Counted from the first letter of the stretch, positions 29,918-40,373 are shown. The stretch: 63,272 bases of DNA from an uncultured archaeon (GCA_964583985.1 CAZOYD010000006.1:23858-87129); one strand, 5' to 3'. The notes: generated from the sequence alone by a model not told the origin. Program-made: numbers and translations.

Positions 29918-31393
29918 TTAATAGCTTTTAGCAATATAAACCGTGCATGTTGCGGGTTTTCCACAAATTAAACACGTTGCGAATTCATGTTTCTCTTCAT
30001 CCACTCTTTTACCTCTGACTTCCGCACCAATTTCTTTTTCAACAACTTCCGCGCAACTTTGACCATCTAAATCTATCGAACAAAAACCACAGACCACTAT
30101 TTTCCCGTTTTTAATGGCTTCAATCGCCGCGTCTTTTTCATATGTCAATTCAATTTGCGATTCGAAATCGATCATGGATTTTTCCTTGAGCTCTTTTGAA
30201 TAATTTTGAGCTATTTTATCTACAACTTTCTTTAATTCAGGATCTTTGACAAAAATCTTCTTTCCATCGTGTCTTTTTACTAAGACCATTTGCTTTTTCT
30301 CTACATCTCGTGGTCCGATTTCGATCCGAATCGGGACTCCTCTTAATTCCCAATAATAAAATTTACTTCCAGGAGATTCGTCAGACTCGTCGATTTTTAC
30401 TGTATACTTTTTCTTTAACCTTTCAAATATTTCTTTTGCTTTAGTGAGCACTATTTCCTCTTTTTCTTTGAAGAGTATTGGAATAATTACGATTTGAACT
30501 GGTGCTAAATCAAAAGGTAAAACAAGTCCATTATCATCTCCAAGATATGCAATCATGGCACCATAATTTCTACTTTGAGAAGGGCCATAACAAGTTTGAT
30601 AACCATATTTCTCTTCTCCATCCGTATCGACAAATTTTACCTCAAATGGTTTCGAGAAATTCTGTCCCAACAAGTGTGTTGAAGGTAATTGCAGAACCTT
30701 TCCAGATCCCATTAATGCATCAGCAGCATAGGTATGGACGGCTCCTGCAAATTTATCCCATTCCGGTCTTTGAAAAAAGATCATGGGAATACAACATTCG
30801 TCTTGAAGAATTTGATAGGTCGATTCCATGTCCTCTTTAACTTGTTCCATCGCATCCTCCATTGTGGCAAAAACATTGTGAGATTCGATCCAATGGAATT
30901 CTCTCCCTCTGAAGAAGGGTCTCGTCATCTTTCCCTCATATCTCCATACTTGGCACGAAAGATATCGTTTATAGGGTAGATCTTTATAACTCCGAATCCA
31001 CATGGAATACATTTTATACAAAGCAGTTTCACTTGTGGGGCGCAAGGCTAATCTTTCTGATAATTTTCCAGAAGTGCCCGCTTCAGTAACCCAAAATACT
31101 TCTGGAGCAAATCCCTCAACATGGGCTGCTTCCAATAAAAAATTAGATTCAGGGATGAGAGAAGGCATAGTTAATGGGAGGTGACCTTTTTCTTCCAACA
31201 AATCTTCAGTTTTTTTATACATTTTTCTAATCGTGATCGTAGCCCATTCTCTATAAACGACAAATCCTTTTATATTATAACGAATATCTGCCAACTCTGC
31301 CTTGTTTACTAGCTCCGTGTACCAGCCAGAAAAATCCTCTTCTTTAGATACTGTCATTCCGGTTAGGGGAGCTTCCTTTTTCTTTTTACCCAT
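29918..31393 (-). CDS. proS: proline--tRNA ligase (archaeal/eukaryotic type)
   Basis: FSGWY, LRPTSET, RGREFHW.E.H, HLLGQNFS, C-terminal Zn domain ending AKSY. Confidence 0.97.
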   Translation of the reverse strand: MGKKKKEAPLTGMTVSKEEDFSGWYTELVNKAELADIRYNIKGFVVYREWATITIRKMYKKTEDLLEEKGHLPLTMPSLIPESNFLLEAAHVEGFAPEVFWVTEAGTSGKLSERLALRPTSETALYKMYSMWIRSYKDLPYKRYLSCQVWRYEGKMTRPFFRGREFHWIESHNVFATMEDAMEQVKEDMESTYQILQDECCIPMIFFQRPEWDKFAGAVHTYAADALMGSGKVLQLPSTHLLGQNFSKPFEVKFVDTDGEEKYGYQTCYGPSQSRNYGAMIAYLGDDNGLVLPFDLAPVQIVIIPILFKEKEEIVLTKAKEIFERLKKKYTVKIDESDESPGSKFYYWELRGVPIRIEIGPRDVEKKQMVLVKRHDGKKIFVKDPELKKVVDKIAQNYSKELKEKSMIDFESQIELTYEKDAAIEAIKNGKIVVCGFCSIDLDGQSCAEVVEKEIGAEVRGKRVDEEKHEFATCLICGKPATCTVYIAKSY

Positions 31394-31469
31394 AAACTAT
31401 CATCAAAATAAATGCATTAAAAGTTAAATATTTTTTGAGCTCGCAAAAGAATAAAATTAAGGTGAAATT

Positions 31470-32255
31470 TCAATCAGGATTTAAATTGGCATTAGTAATA
31501 ATCGAACCCGTTAACATTTCCTTTCCTGTAAGGATATCTGATAGTTCTGCAATAAATATCATTGCTTCATAACCTTTAGAAACAAGGTAGGTTTTTATTT
31601 CCGTGCCAATCTCCTTTAATAATTCCTCATTTTCGGAGTAGACTGAATAATAAATGAGCGATTGAGGGTTTTCTATAAAATTTAATTGATTAATCATATC
31701 GCGATCCTTAAAGATAACTACTTCGTCCGCACCGGCCAAAGTTGCGACTTTTTTAATTTCTTCTTCTAATGGACCAAGCGTAAAGAACTGTCTCTCATGA
31801 ATCATCAATTTTTTCTCCAGAATTTCCTCTAGATGAGCTCTTGTCGTTTTATCATAAAATACTACTAGTTCTTGAGAACAGATCTCTTTATATTTTCCTG
31901 ATATTAGAGATTCCTTGTTATCTATGAATTCAATTAGCAATTCATAATATTTATCATCAAGCTTTTGAAAAGTCTCCACATTTCTAATAAAATCTGTTAA
32001 TTTGTCAATTAATTCGAAATAAAATTTCATTCGAGATTTAATTTGGAGCTTATATTCTAAACTCTTGATTTCAGGATAGTATTTTTTTAAGATCAGGTTT
32101 AAATCTTTATTACATTTGGCGCATAATGTAGCGATTTTGTCAGAATGCTTAATTGTTTTATCCTCGAGTAATTCTCTAATATCTTGCTCAACAAAAGATA
32201 AATTATCAAGTATGGTGAATATCTTTTCAGCGTATTTTTCTTCAATGTAAGACAT
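31470..32255 (-). CDS. hypothetical protein
   Basis: 261-aa ORF, co-oriented with its neighbours. Confidence 0.7.
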   Translation of the reverse strand: MSYIEEKYAEKIFTILDNLSFVEQDIRELLEDKTIKHSDKIATLCAKCNKDLNLILKKYYPEIKSLEYKLQIKSRMKFYFELIDKLTDFIRNVETFQKLDDKYYELLIEFIDNKESLISGKYKEICSQELVVFYDKTTRAHLEEILEKKLMIHERQFFTLGPLEEEIKKVATLAGADEVVIFKDRDMINQLNFIENPQSLIYYSVYSENEELLKEIGTEIKTYLVSKGYEAMIFIAELSDILTGKEMLTGSIITNANLNPD

Positions 32256-32325
32256 TACTATAAAAAAAATAGAGTAAATATTTAAAATCTTATTTTATTG
32301 TAAAAAAGATAAAAAAGAGATTTAT

Positions 32326-33549
32326 TTATAAGAAAAATAGAGACGCAGCGACCATTATTGCACCACTTATTATCGGTACCGTAAAATTATCGTTCATATC
32401 TAAAGTCAATAATTCAATGATTGGAGCAGAAATTCCCCCCAATATTAGGACTATTGGAGAAATATCTAATAGTTCATAAAGTAAATATCCGCAGATTAGC
32501 ACCACGCCCAAGTAAGCTAAAGATCCCTCTAAAGTCTTACCTAATATTTTATGCTTTCCAAACGCCAAACCAAAGAATTTTCCGAACGTATCACCAAAAA
32601 TGAGAAACGTGGTTGCTATAATTGCGATATTTTTAGGAAACACTATAAGTGTAATTATGTAAGCAACTAAATAAACGCTGATTGAGGAGAAATTCTTATG
32701 CTCTTTCTCTCTATATAATACATCAACTTTTTTACTGACCTCTTCACTTGAATTCGGCTTGTATTCTCCATATAATCTGATAAAATCAAGAATTATGAAA
32801 ATTGCTGCAAAAAGAGTTATGCTTATAAGAGAAATTACCAAAGAGAAAAATTCATAGAAAAATAGAAAGATAATTGACCCAAATCGTAGTACTATACGCC
32901 ATTTATGCCCCGTAAAACTTTCATTCTCTATTTTAATCTCAACTTCTGAAAAAAAATCTATAAAGGTAAATATAATAATATGAATAATAACGATTGAAAA
33001 CCAGATGTTAAAGAATAATAAATATTTCGGATAATGAATGAAAACAAACACGATCATCAGAGAGAATGAAGTGATTGGAATGAGATTAAATACTCTCGTA
33101 ATAAATGAAAATATCGTAGCCAATAAGATAAAATAAATTATCATAAAAAGGAAAACCAAATCTGTAGAACAATAGACTCCAACGTAAAATAGCCACATGC
33201 CAATTGCCGAAGCAACCCCTCTTCCCCCTCGAAAATTGAGGTAAAAAGGAAAGATATGACCGATGATGGTCATAAAACCACTAAATTGTGCCCAGATAAT
33301 ATCTAATCCCATTAACACGCTGAGAATTATGGCGATAAGCGCCTTAAAAATATCATACAACGCCGTAGGTACGGCATATTTCATTCCCAAAACCTTTAAA
33401 GTATTCGAAGTTCCTGCATTCTTAGTCCCCACTTCTCGAAGATCAATTTTTTTTACAATTCGACCAAAAATGTAGCCGGGATTTATGGTTCCGATTAAAT
33501 AGCCAATGATAAGGCTTGCTATAAACAGAAAAATTTCAATTGGATTCAC
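32326..33549 (-). CDS. PlsY (G3P acyltransferase) - CTP-dependent lipid kinase fusion, copy D
   Basis: GTKNAGTSN, GHIFPFYLNFRGGRGVA; GDTFGKFFGLAFGKHKI..KTLEGS, NDNFTVP. Confidence 0.88.
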   Translation of the reverse strand: MNPIEIFLFIASLIIGYLIGTINPGYIFGRIVKKIDLREVGTKNAGTSNTLKVLGMKYAVPTALYDIFKALIAIILSVLMGLDIIWAQFSGFMTIIGHIFPFYLNFRGGRGVASAIGMWLFYVGVYCSTDLVFLFMIIYFILLATIFSFITRVFNLIPITSFSLMIVFVFIHYPKYLLFFNIWFSIVIIHIIIFTFIDFFSEVEIKIENESFTGHKWRIVLRFGSIIFLFFYEFFSLVISLISITLFAAIFIILDFIRLYGEYKPNSSEEVSKKVDVLYREKEHKNFSSISVYLVAYIITLIVFPKNIAIIATTFLIFGDTFGKFFGLAFGKHKILGKTLEGSLAYLGVVLICGYLLYELLDISPIVLILGGISAPIIELLTLDMNDNFTVPIISGAIMVAASLFFL

Positions 33550-33668
33550 GTTAACACCTCACATAATAATAATGATATATAATAACTACTTATTCAACTG
33601 ACACTTATAAAATTCTACATAAGTATAATCCTATTATCTGTATCTATATTACATATAAAAATAATGGT

Positions 33669-33782
33669 TTAGTATAATCCTAGGAATAATCCAGCAAATA
33701 GCATGATGGGACCACTTATGATTGGTACTGTAAAATTATCATCCATTTCGAATGATAATAGTTTGAAAAAAGGGGCAGATAA
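33669..33782 (-). pseudogene. C-terminal remnant of a fifth PlsY-kinase paralog
   Basis: My translation LSAPFFKLLSFEMDDNFTVPIISGPIMLFAGLFLGLY* aligns with the ends of the four intact copies. Confidence 0.85.
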
Positions 33783-33874
33783 CTCTCTTAAAAGAAATTT
33801 AGACCAATGCAAATATTTATATTATCCGAAGTATATTTTGAAATTTAGAGGCTTTTTTTATACATATTTGTAAG

Positions 33875-34834
33875 GTGTATCCAATGGAATGTTTTTTTAG
33901 AGGAATTAATAAAAGAAATTGTATCTCGCTTTTAAGATGCGAAGGAGTTTACATATTAGCTAAAAAATTGGGAAGGACTGAAAAATTTGCTCGAGAGTAT
34001 TCTAAATATATCTTAAAGTTAACAGTACTCCATAAATTAAGAGATAAATATCGAGATTTTAAATCTAAAGGTCTCGTTTCTTATTTCAAGAAAATTATTA
34101 TGAAAGTATTGTATTATCTTTGCGCAAGTGTTTTTAAGGATACGTATCGACTTGAAAAACCGTTGAATTATATTGAATTTGAATTAGAAATGATGGAGAA
34201 GGAAAATAGCAATTCTAATCCAATGACTTATTATGAAAAGGTTGGAGAAGCATATGGATTGATATTTAAGAATGCACTTTTTGGAACTAAGACAAATGTC
34301 TCTATAAAAAAAGATTTAGAATCTCTTGGCAATTCTCTCGGGACTGTTGTTGCTCTCAGAGATTCAGTTATTGATTTAGAAGATGATATCAAGAAAAATA
34401 ACTTCAATCCATTTAAAGAATGGGAAAAAGAGGATATTAACTCGTTTTGTGGAAAAAATATAGGGTTAATAAAAGATAAAGTCGAAAAAATTAAAGAGAA
34501 AGATGTAGGGAAGTACAACGGAGAAAAAATAGGTCTCAATCTAAAATCAGTAATAGCTTCGACAATTTCCCCTGCTATAATGACCATTCCAAGTCTAACA
34601 CCAGCAAATTTAATGCAAACAACGCCTTGTAGCTATTGTTGTCAAGAATATATTTGTCCTAGTAATGTTTGCCTCCCCACTATAATAATCTTAGGAATAA
34701 CTGCTGTAATTATAACTATAGTTGTTTTAAGTACGAAAAAAGGAAGAGAGTGTTGTTCAGGTTGTGGTGGTGGAGGGTGTCCTGATTGTAGTGGATGTAA
34801 TTGTGATTGCGGTGACGGCAGTTGTAGTCAATAA
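33875..34834 (+). CDS. DUF5685-like protein with TM helix and Cys-rich tail
   Basis: LGNSLG...LRDSVIDLEDDIKKNNFNPF acidic motif; TM segment; CCSGCGGGGCPDCSGCNCDCGDGSC. Confidence 0.6.
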   Translation: MYPMECFFRGINKRNCISLLRCEGVYILAKKLGRTEKFAREYSKYILKLTVLHKLRDKYRDFKSKGLVSYFKKIIMKVLYYLCASVFKDTYRLEKPLNYIEFELEMMEKENSNSNPMTYYEKVGEAYGLIFKNALFGTKTNVSIKKDLESLGNSLGTVVALRDSVIDLEDDIKKNNFNPFKEWEKEDINSFCGKNIGLIKDKVEKIKEKDVGKYNGEKIGLNLKSVIASTISPAIMTIPSLTPANLMQTTPCSYCCQEYICPSNVCLPTIIILGITAVIITIVVLSTKKGRECCSGCGGGGCPDCSGCNCDCGDGSCSQ

Positions 34835-35263
34835 TTAAATGGCTTGTCGGGAAAACCTATTATTTTTTTAATCAATTTTTTTTATTCACAATATCTTTTG
34901 TATTAATTTGATATTAGTATTGGAAAGAACAGTTAATTTCAACACTCTCTTCTATTAAATAGTAAATCCACCGTTTGGGTCGATGGGATAGAGTTATTCG
35001 GACTGATTTCACAAATAGTACAACAAACCATTATTAGTATTATTATTTGAAATAAAATGAGTACATTTTTACTCTTTTTAATGATCTTACAGAATCTAAT
35101 GATTTTTATTTAAATTTCTTTCTATAGCTTTATTATTTCTGAGTGTATAAATCATTTAGAGGGATCAATGATATAGAGTTTTTCCTTATGAGAGTAATGA
35201 TATAATAGTCCTAGTGAAAAAAAAAGGGTTTTGATATTAAAAAAATAGTAGCATAATTTTGAT

Positions 35264-36478
35264 TTAAAGACCTACTAACATTGCACCATACATTACAGAA
35301 CCACTGATTATTGGTACAGTAAAATTTCCATTTATCTCAAATGATAAGAGTTCAGTACTGAACGCAGCAATTCCCCCTAAGATAAGCACAATTGGTGAAA
35401 TTTCCAATAAAGTAAACAATACAAATCCACATAAGCCAATACATCCCAAATAAGCTAAAGTTCCTTCAAAAGATTTATTTAAAATTTTATTGTGACCGAA
35501 TCCTAAACTAATAATTTTTTTAAATATATCACCAAAAATTAGAAATACAGTAGCGCTAAAAGCGATTTCTCGTGGAAAAATCATAATTGTAATGAAAAAA
35601 CCAACGATAAAAATACTAATCGACGAGAATATTTTTATCTCATCCTTCCTATAGAGAGAAGCATTTTCTCCTTCAGTCTCAGTGTTTTTCCAAAGAATTC
35701 TCTGAAGATCATTTGTAATAAAAATTACCCCAAAAATGTAAATTATGAATAAGGAAACACCTTTAGAAAATGCATCATAAACAATTAGGAAAGCTATGCC
35801 TAATAGTCGAAAGCTCATCCTTATCCAATCTTTTTTGAAGATTACACCCTTAAAAGAGAATTTCTTGCTAATTGCTGCAACATAGGTCGTATATCCAAAG
35901 AGAAAAGATAAAACCGCTAAAAAAAATATGTTAAACTCATTATACGGATAATATACCAAAACTCCATAACCTAAAAACGGAAGGGGAATCCAAACAAGCA
36001 TTCTAAGCACACCTGTAATATAAATAAATAATATCGCGATAAGGATCAAATAAAAACTAAGAAAAACCATCGTATAATCGGGAGGATCAGAGGTAACCAT
36101 ATACATTATGCAATAATAGAGCAACATACCTAATGATGTTGCCATTCCTTTTCCGCCTCGAAATTTTAGGTAAAATGGAAAACAATGTCCGATTATTGCT
36201 ATTATTCCACTAAATTGAGCAAAATAATCACTTACACCTAAACAAATTATTGAGATTACACATGCAATAAAACTTTTAGAAATATCATAAAAGCCTGTTA
36301 AAATTCCATATTTTTTTCCCAATTCATTCCACGCATTTGAAGTCCCAGGATTTTTTGTACCTGCTTCACGTAAATCTATACCCTTCATCCGCCCTATTAA
36401 ATAACCAGGGTTAATTGTACCGATTAAATAACCTATGATCAGACTTAGAATGAATAGAAATATTTCAATTGGAGTCAA
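35264..36478 (-). CDS. PlsY - lipid kinase fusion, copy C (likely TTG start 36478)
   Basis: GTKNPGTSN, GHCFPFYLKFRGGKG; GDIF...KSFEGT; AAGTGA SD and paralog alignment support the TTG start. Confidence 0.87.
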   Translation of the reverse strand: MTPIEIFLFILSLIIGYLIGTINPGYLIGRMKGIDLREAGTKNPGTSNAWNELGKKYGILTGFYDISKSFIACVISIICLGVSDYFAQFSGIIAIIGHCFPFYLKFRGGKGMATSLGMLLYYCIMYMVTSDPPDYTMVFLSFYLILIAILFIYITGVLRMLVWIPLPFLGYGVLVYYPYNEFNIFFLAVLSFLFGYTTYVAAISKKFSFKGVIFKKDWIRMSFRLLGIAFLIVYDAFSKGVSLFIIYIFGVIFITNDLQRILWKNTETEGENASLYRKDEIKIFSSISIFIVGFFITIMIFPREIAFSATVFLIFGDIFKKIISLGFGHNKILNKSFEGTLAYLGCIGLCGFVLFTLLEISPIVLILGGIAAFSTELLSFEINGNFTVPIISGSVMYGAMLVGL

Positions 36479-36637
36479 ATTATCACTTTCTTTTTGGATT
36501 ACAAATATTGTAAGCAATCCAATCTTATAAAAACGTTTTCAAAATCAAGTCATCTTACTGCTAAGACTGTTTAAAGATTATCAAATCGGTTATAAGTAGA
36601 AAACAGTAGTATAATAGTAGAAAAAGAAAAAATAATC

Positions 36638-37831
36638 TTACAAACCTGCTAGTGAAGCCGCACGCATTACAGTACCGCTTATTATAGATACTGTAAAGTT
36701 ATCGTTCATCTCAATTGAAAAGAGTTCAGTAATAGGCGCAGCAAGACCTCCCAAAATTAGAACAATTAAAGAAATATCCAATATGGTATACAATACATAT
36801 CCACATAGACACATGCATCCAAGGTAGGCAAGTGTCCCTTCAACTGTTTTATTCAATATCTTGTGGCGACCGAATCCAAATCCAAAAACTTTTCCAAAAA
36901 TATCACCAAAAATTAGAAAAGTATTAGCACTAAACGCGATTTCTCGAGGAAATACCAATATAGTAATGAAAAATGCCATGATATAAATGCTAATGGATGA
37001 AAATTTTTTTATCTCATCTTTCCTGTAGAATGAATCCTTTTCTCTTTCTACCTCAGTACTTCGCTTAAAAATTCTTCTAAAATCGAGTGAAATAAAGATT
37101 GCACCAAAGATGCTAATAATTAATAATGAAATCGCTTGAGAAAACACGTCGTAGAAGACTAGGAAAGCGATGGTTAGCAAGCGTAGTATCATTCTTATCC
37201 AATCTTTCTTAAAGATCTTATCCTTCAGAGGAAACTTCTTGTTAATCACTGCAGTATAAGTCACAAATACAAAAAGATACGTCAATACTGCAAGAAAGAA
37301 GAAATTAAATCCATTTCCAGGATAATAAACGTAACAAGCAAATCCTAAAATGGGAAACATTATCCAAGCAAGCATGCTTAATAAATGTGTAATATAAATA
37401 AATAGCATTGCGATGGACAGCAAAAATAAAACAAGATAAATCATCGTAAAATCATACGGAATAGATGTAGACATATACATGGAAACATAATAAGGTAACA
37501 TTCCTATAGCCGTTGCTACTCCTTTTCCCCCTCGAAATTTAAGGTAAAATGGAAAACAATGACCGATTATTGCCATCAATCCGCTAAATTGAGCATAATA
37601 ATAACTGACATCTAGAACATATATAGCAATAATACAAGCAATGAGACTTTTGAAAATATCATAAGCGGCTGTTAAAATCCCGTACTTCTTGCCAAGAGTA
37701 TGCCACACATTCGAAGTACCCGGATTTTTAGTTCCTACTTCCCGGATATCAATTCCTTTCATTCGACCAATCAAGTAACCCGAATTGATGCTACCTAAAA
37801 TGTAACCTATGATGATTGATATCACAAACAT
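36638..37831 (-). CDS. PlsY - lipid kinase fusion, copy B
   Basis: GTKNPGTSN, FRGGKGVAT; GDIFGKVFGFGFGRHK..KTVEGT, NDNFTV. Confidence 0.88.
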   Translation of the reverse strand: MFVISIIIGYILGSINSGYLIGRMKGIDIREVGTKNPGTSNVWHTLGKKYGILTAAYDIFKSLIACIIAIYVLDVSYYYAQFSGLMAIIGHCFPFYLKFRGGKGVATAIGMLPYYVSMYMSTSIPYDFTMIYLVLFLLSIAMLFIYITHLLSMLAWIMFPILGFACYVYYPGNGFNFFFLAVLTYLFVFVTYTAVINKKFPLKDKIFKKDWIRMILRLLTIAFLVFYDVFSQAISLLIISIFGAIFISLDFRRIFKRSTEVEREKDSFYRKDEIKKFSSISIYIMAFFITILVFPREIAFSANTFLIFGDIFGKVFGFGFGRHKILNKTVEGTLAYLGCMCLCGYVLYTILDISLIVLILGGLAAPITELFSIEMNDNFTVSIISGTVMRAASLAGL

Positions 37832-37933
37832 GAAGATCTCTATCAGAGTTAATTCTCACCTTCAATTTCGATCAAGAGCTTTTTAATAATAAATTAAGAA
37901 TGCAGATCTTATAAAAATGCATAGTCAATTTTT

Positions 37934-39142
37934 TCATAATCCCGCAAGAAAAACAACATACATTATCGCTCCGCTGAATATGGGCACCGTGATGTTATCG
38001 TTCATTCCCATGGAAAATAACTCGATTAGAGGAGCAGAAATTCCCCCGAAGATGAGGATGTAAGGTGATATGTCCAAAAGTGTATATAGAACGAAACTAC
38101 AGATTAAAATGCATCCAAAATATGCCAAGGTGCCCTCAACCGTTTTATTCAAGATTTTATGCCTACCGAATGCCAAGCCAAATACCTTACCAAAAGTATC
38201 CCCGAATATTAAAAATACACTTGCTGTAATAGCGATTTCTTTTGGAAATACGAGTATAGTGATGAAGAAGGCCGTGAGAAATATCGTCATTGAAGAAAAT
38301 GTATGATATTCGTTTTTTCGAAATAATTTTTTAACCTTTTCATGCAATAGCACGTTTGTCTGCTTATGCAAGAACCTTATCAAGTCCAGCAGGATGAATG
38401 CGATTGAAACAATTCCTATGATTATTAGAGCGATTTCTTGTGAAAACACCATGTAAAATACAACAAATAATATTGAAAATGGGCGAGTTAATACTCTCCA
38501 TTTGTGCCCCGTATAATTTTCATCCGTTATTTGAATAGTATTGCGCTTAATAACAGTGAATAATCCAATGAACGTGATATGTGCAAGGATGATCAAAAAG
38601 AATAAATTAAAAGGATTCCATGGATAAGTCACGAGGATAAAATACCCGAAAGGAGGAAGCAAGATAATGGATAGGATAGTTCCGCGTCGCGTTATATACG
38701 TAAAGATAACAACCAATACCACTTCAAAAATTATGAAATAAAACAAACTTGCAAAATTCAGTATAAAATAGATTATGATGTAAAATAACATCATTCCAGT
38801 GGCGGCGGCAACCCCCTGACCGCCTCGAAAGTTCATGTAAAATGGAAAAATATGGCCGACTATGGCCATTATTCCGCTTAGTTGAGCAAAGAAAAGAGGC
38901 ACGCCCAGCAACGTGGCGATATAAATCATGAATAATCCCTTAAACGCATCATAAAGAGCAGTTGGTGCAGCATATTTTAATCCTAAAACTTTATACGTAT
39001 TTGATGTTCCCGCATTTTTTGTACCATGTTCTCTTATATCTATTCCTTTCATTTTACCAAATAAGTATCCGGGATTAACAGAACCCATAAAATACCCCGC
39101 AATGCAGGACATTATTGATAGAAGAATTTCTAAGGGTTGCAT
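37934..39142 (-). CDS. PlsY - lipid kinase fusion, copy A
   Basis: GTKNAGTSN, GHIFPFYMNFRGGQGVA; GDTFGKVFGLAFGRHK..KTVEGT, NDNITVP. Confidence 0.88.
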   Translation of the reverse strand: MQPLEILLSIMSCIAGYFMGSVNPGYLFGKMKGIDIREHGTKNAGTSNTYKVLGLKYAAPTALYDAFKGLFMIYIATLLGVPLFFAQLSGIMAIVGHIFPFYMNFRGGQGVAAATGMMLFYIIIYFILNFASLFYFIIFEVVLVVIFTYITRRGTILSIILLPPFGYFILVTYPWNPFNLFFLIILAHITFIGLFTVIKRNTIQITDENYTGHKWRVLTRPFSILFVVFYMVFSQEIALIIIGIVSIAFILLDLIRFLHKQTNVLLHEKVKKLFRKNEYHTFSSMTIFLTAFFITILVFPKEIAITASVFLIFGDTFGKVFGLAFGRHKILNKTVEGTLAYFGCILICSFVLYTLLDISPYILIFGGISAPLIELFSMGMNDNITVPIFSGAIMYVVFLAGL

Positions 39143-39431
39143 TCAGTCATCATCCTATACTTCAATAAAATTATTGATTTCTAAATTAAAATTTCAATAG
39201 ATGTTAAAACATTGCGAAATTTAAAGTTTAGAACACGATTTACAATAGGAATGATATGAAATTAGAATATAGGTTTTATGCGAAATATCTTTAAAATCAA
39301 GTATTTTGTTTTATAAAATTAATTTGATTATTGATGAAATGAATTTAAAGAATAAAAAAAGGAAATTAGAAATAATAATTAAAAAATTGTGTAAAATTAA
39401 CTTGTATTAACCTCAGAGGAAATTTACCTAA

Positions 39432-40373
39432 TTAGGATAATTTCATCTTAATTTGTTTGGAACGGCTTCTTAACGTAACCTCGGTAACCTTGGCCACGTT
39501 AGAAACTTCCGCTTGCGTCTTTCGACAATCACTTGCTTTAGCAGCCATGTATATTACACTTGCGGCTAAGCCTTTTGGATCTTTTCCAGTACGAAGTAAT
39601 CCATTTTTGGATGCTTCTCTTAGCATGTCAATTGCTTTCTTTTGAACCTCCATGGATAAGTCTAAATCGTTTCCAAATCGAAATACTAAAGCTTCAGCAG
39701 TAATGGGTTTATATCTCAAATTTAGTTCAGGTAAGACTTCCTTTACAATCATGCCTAATGAACGATGGACTGTTCTACGAGGAGTCATCGAGGAATCGCA
39801 TACTTCTTCTAAGAGTCGTGGGAATTCATGTACTCTGATTGCGGCATATAAGGAAGCAGCAATAAAACCATCAATTGATCTACCCATTGTTAACTTCTTT
39901 TTAGCTACGACACTATAGATTTTCCAAGCTGTTTCTTTTATGTGCTCTGGAATGTTCATTTTAGATGTGAGCATTTTAAGCTTAGGTTTTGCTTCCCAAA
40001 AGTTCCTTTCAATGCTTGAAATCAAAGAGTTTTGGATTTTCGATAGTCTTGAGAACAGGGTTTTTCCTTTTGCATTAATTAAGCGTCCTTTGCTGTCAAT
40101 TTTCGTGTTTGGCAGCATGGTGCGAGGGCCGAATTCCCTCCAGCGCGGTTCGGTCCTGCGGCGCTTGTTCACCTCTTCTACGGTATAAGCTCTTCTCTCA
40201 TTGCCCACAAGATTGCGAGAAACAATCATTCCGCAGTTTAGACACACGTTATCCCCATCTTTGGATTCTATGCAGGGATTTTCGCAGCATTCTTCAAAAC
40301 CTGTAGTGCAACTATCCTCCTCATCCTTCACTGGTCGAGTGCTCCGCAAGCGGTCTTTATAATTGGTTGTCAT
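39432..40373 (-). CDS. tfb: transcription initiation factor IIB
   Basis: Zn ribbon VCLNCG, two cyclin repeats, GRSI, GKDPKGLAA, VTEVTLR. Confidence 0.95.
   Translation of the reverse strand: MTTNYKDRLRSTRPVKDEEDSCTTGFEECCENPCIESKDGDNVCLNCGMIVSRNLVGNERRAYTVEEVNKRRRTEPRWREFGPRTMLPNTKIDSKGRLINAKGKTLFSRLSKIQNSLISSIERNFWEAKPKLKMLTSKMNIPEHIKETAWKIYSVVAKKKLTMGRSIDGFIAASLYAAIRVHEFPRLLEEVCDSSMTPRRTVHRSLGMIVKEVLPELNLRYKPITAEALVFRFGNDLDLSMEVQKKAIDMLREASKNGLLRTGKDPKGLAASVIYMAAKASDCRKTQAEVSNVAKVTEVTLRSRSKQIKMKLS

Noticed and set aside
34938-35085. Signal-peptide-like open stretch on the minus strand (IKKSKNVLILFQIIILIMVCC...)
   Set aside because: No clear start or homology; hydrophobic frames are common in AT-rich DNA
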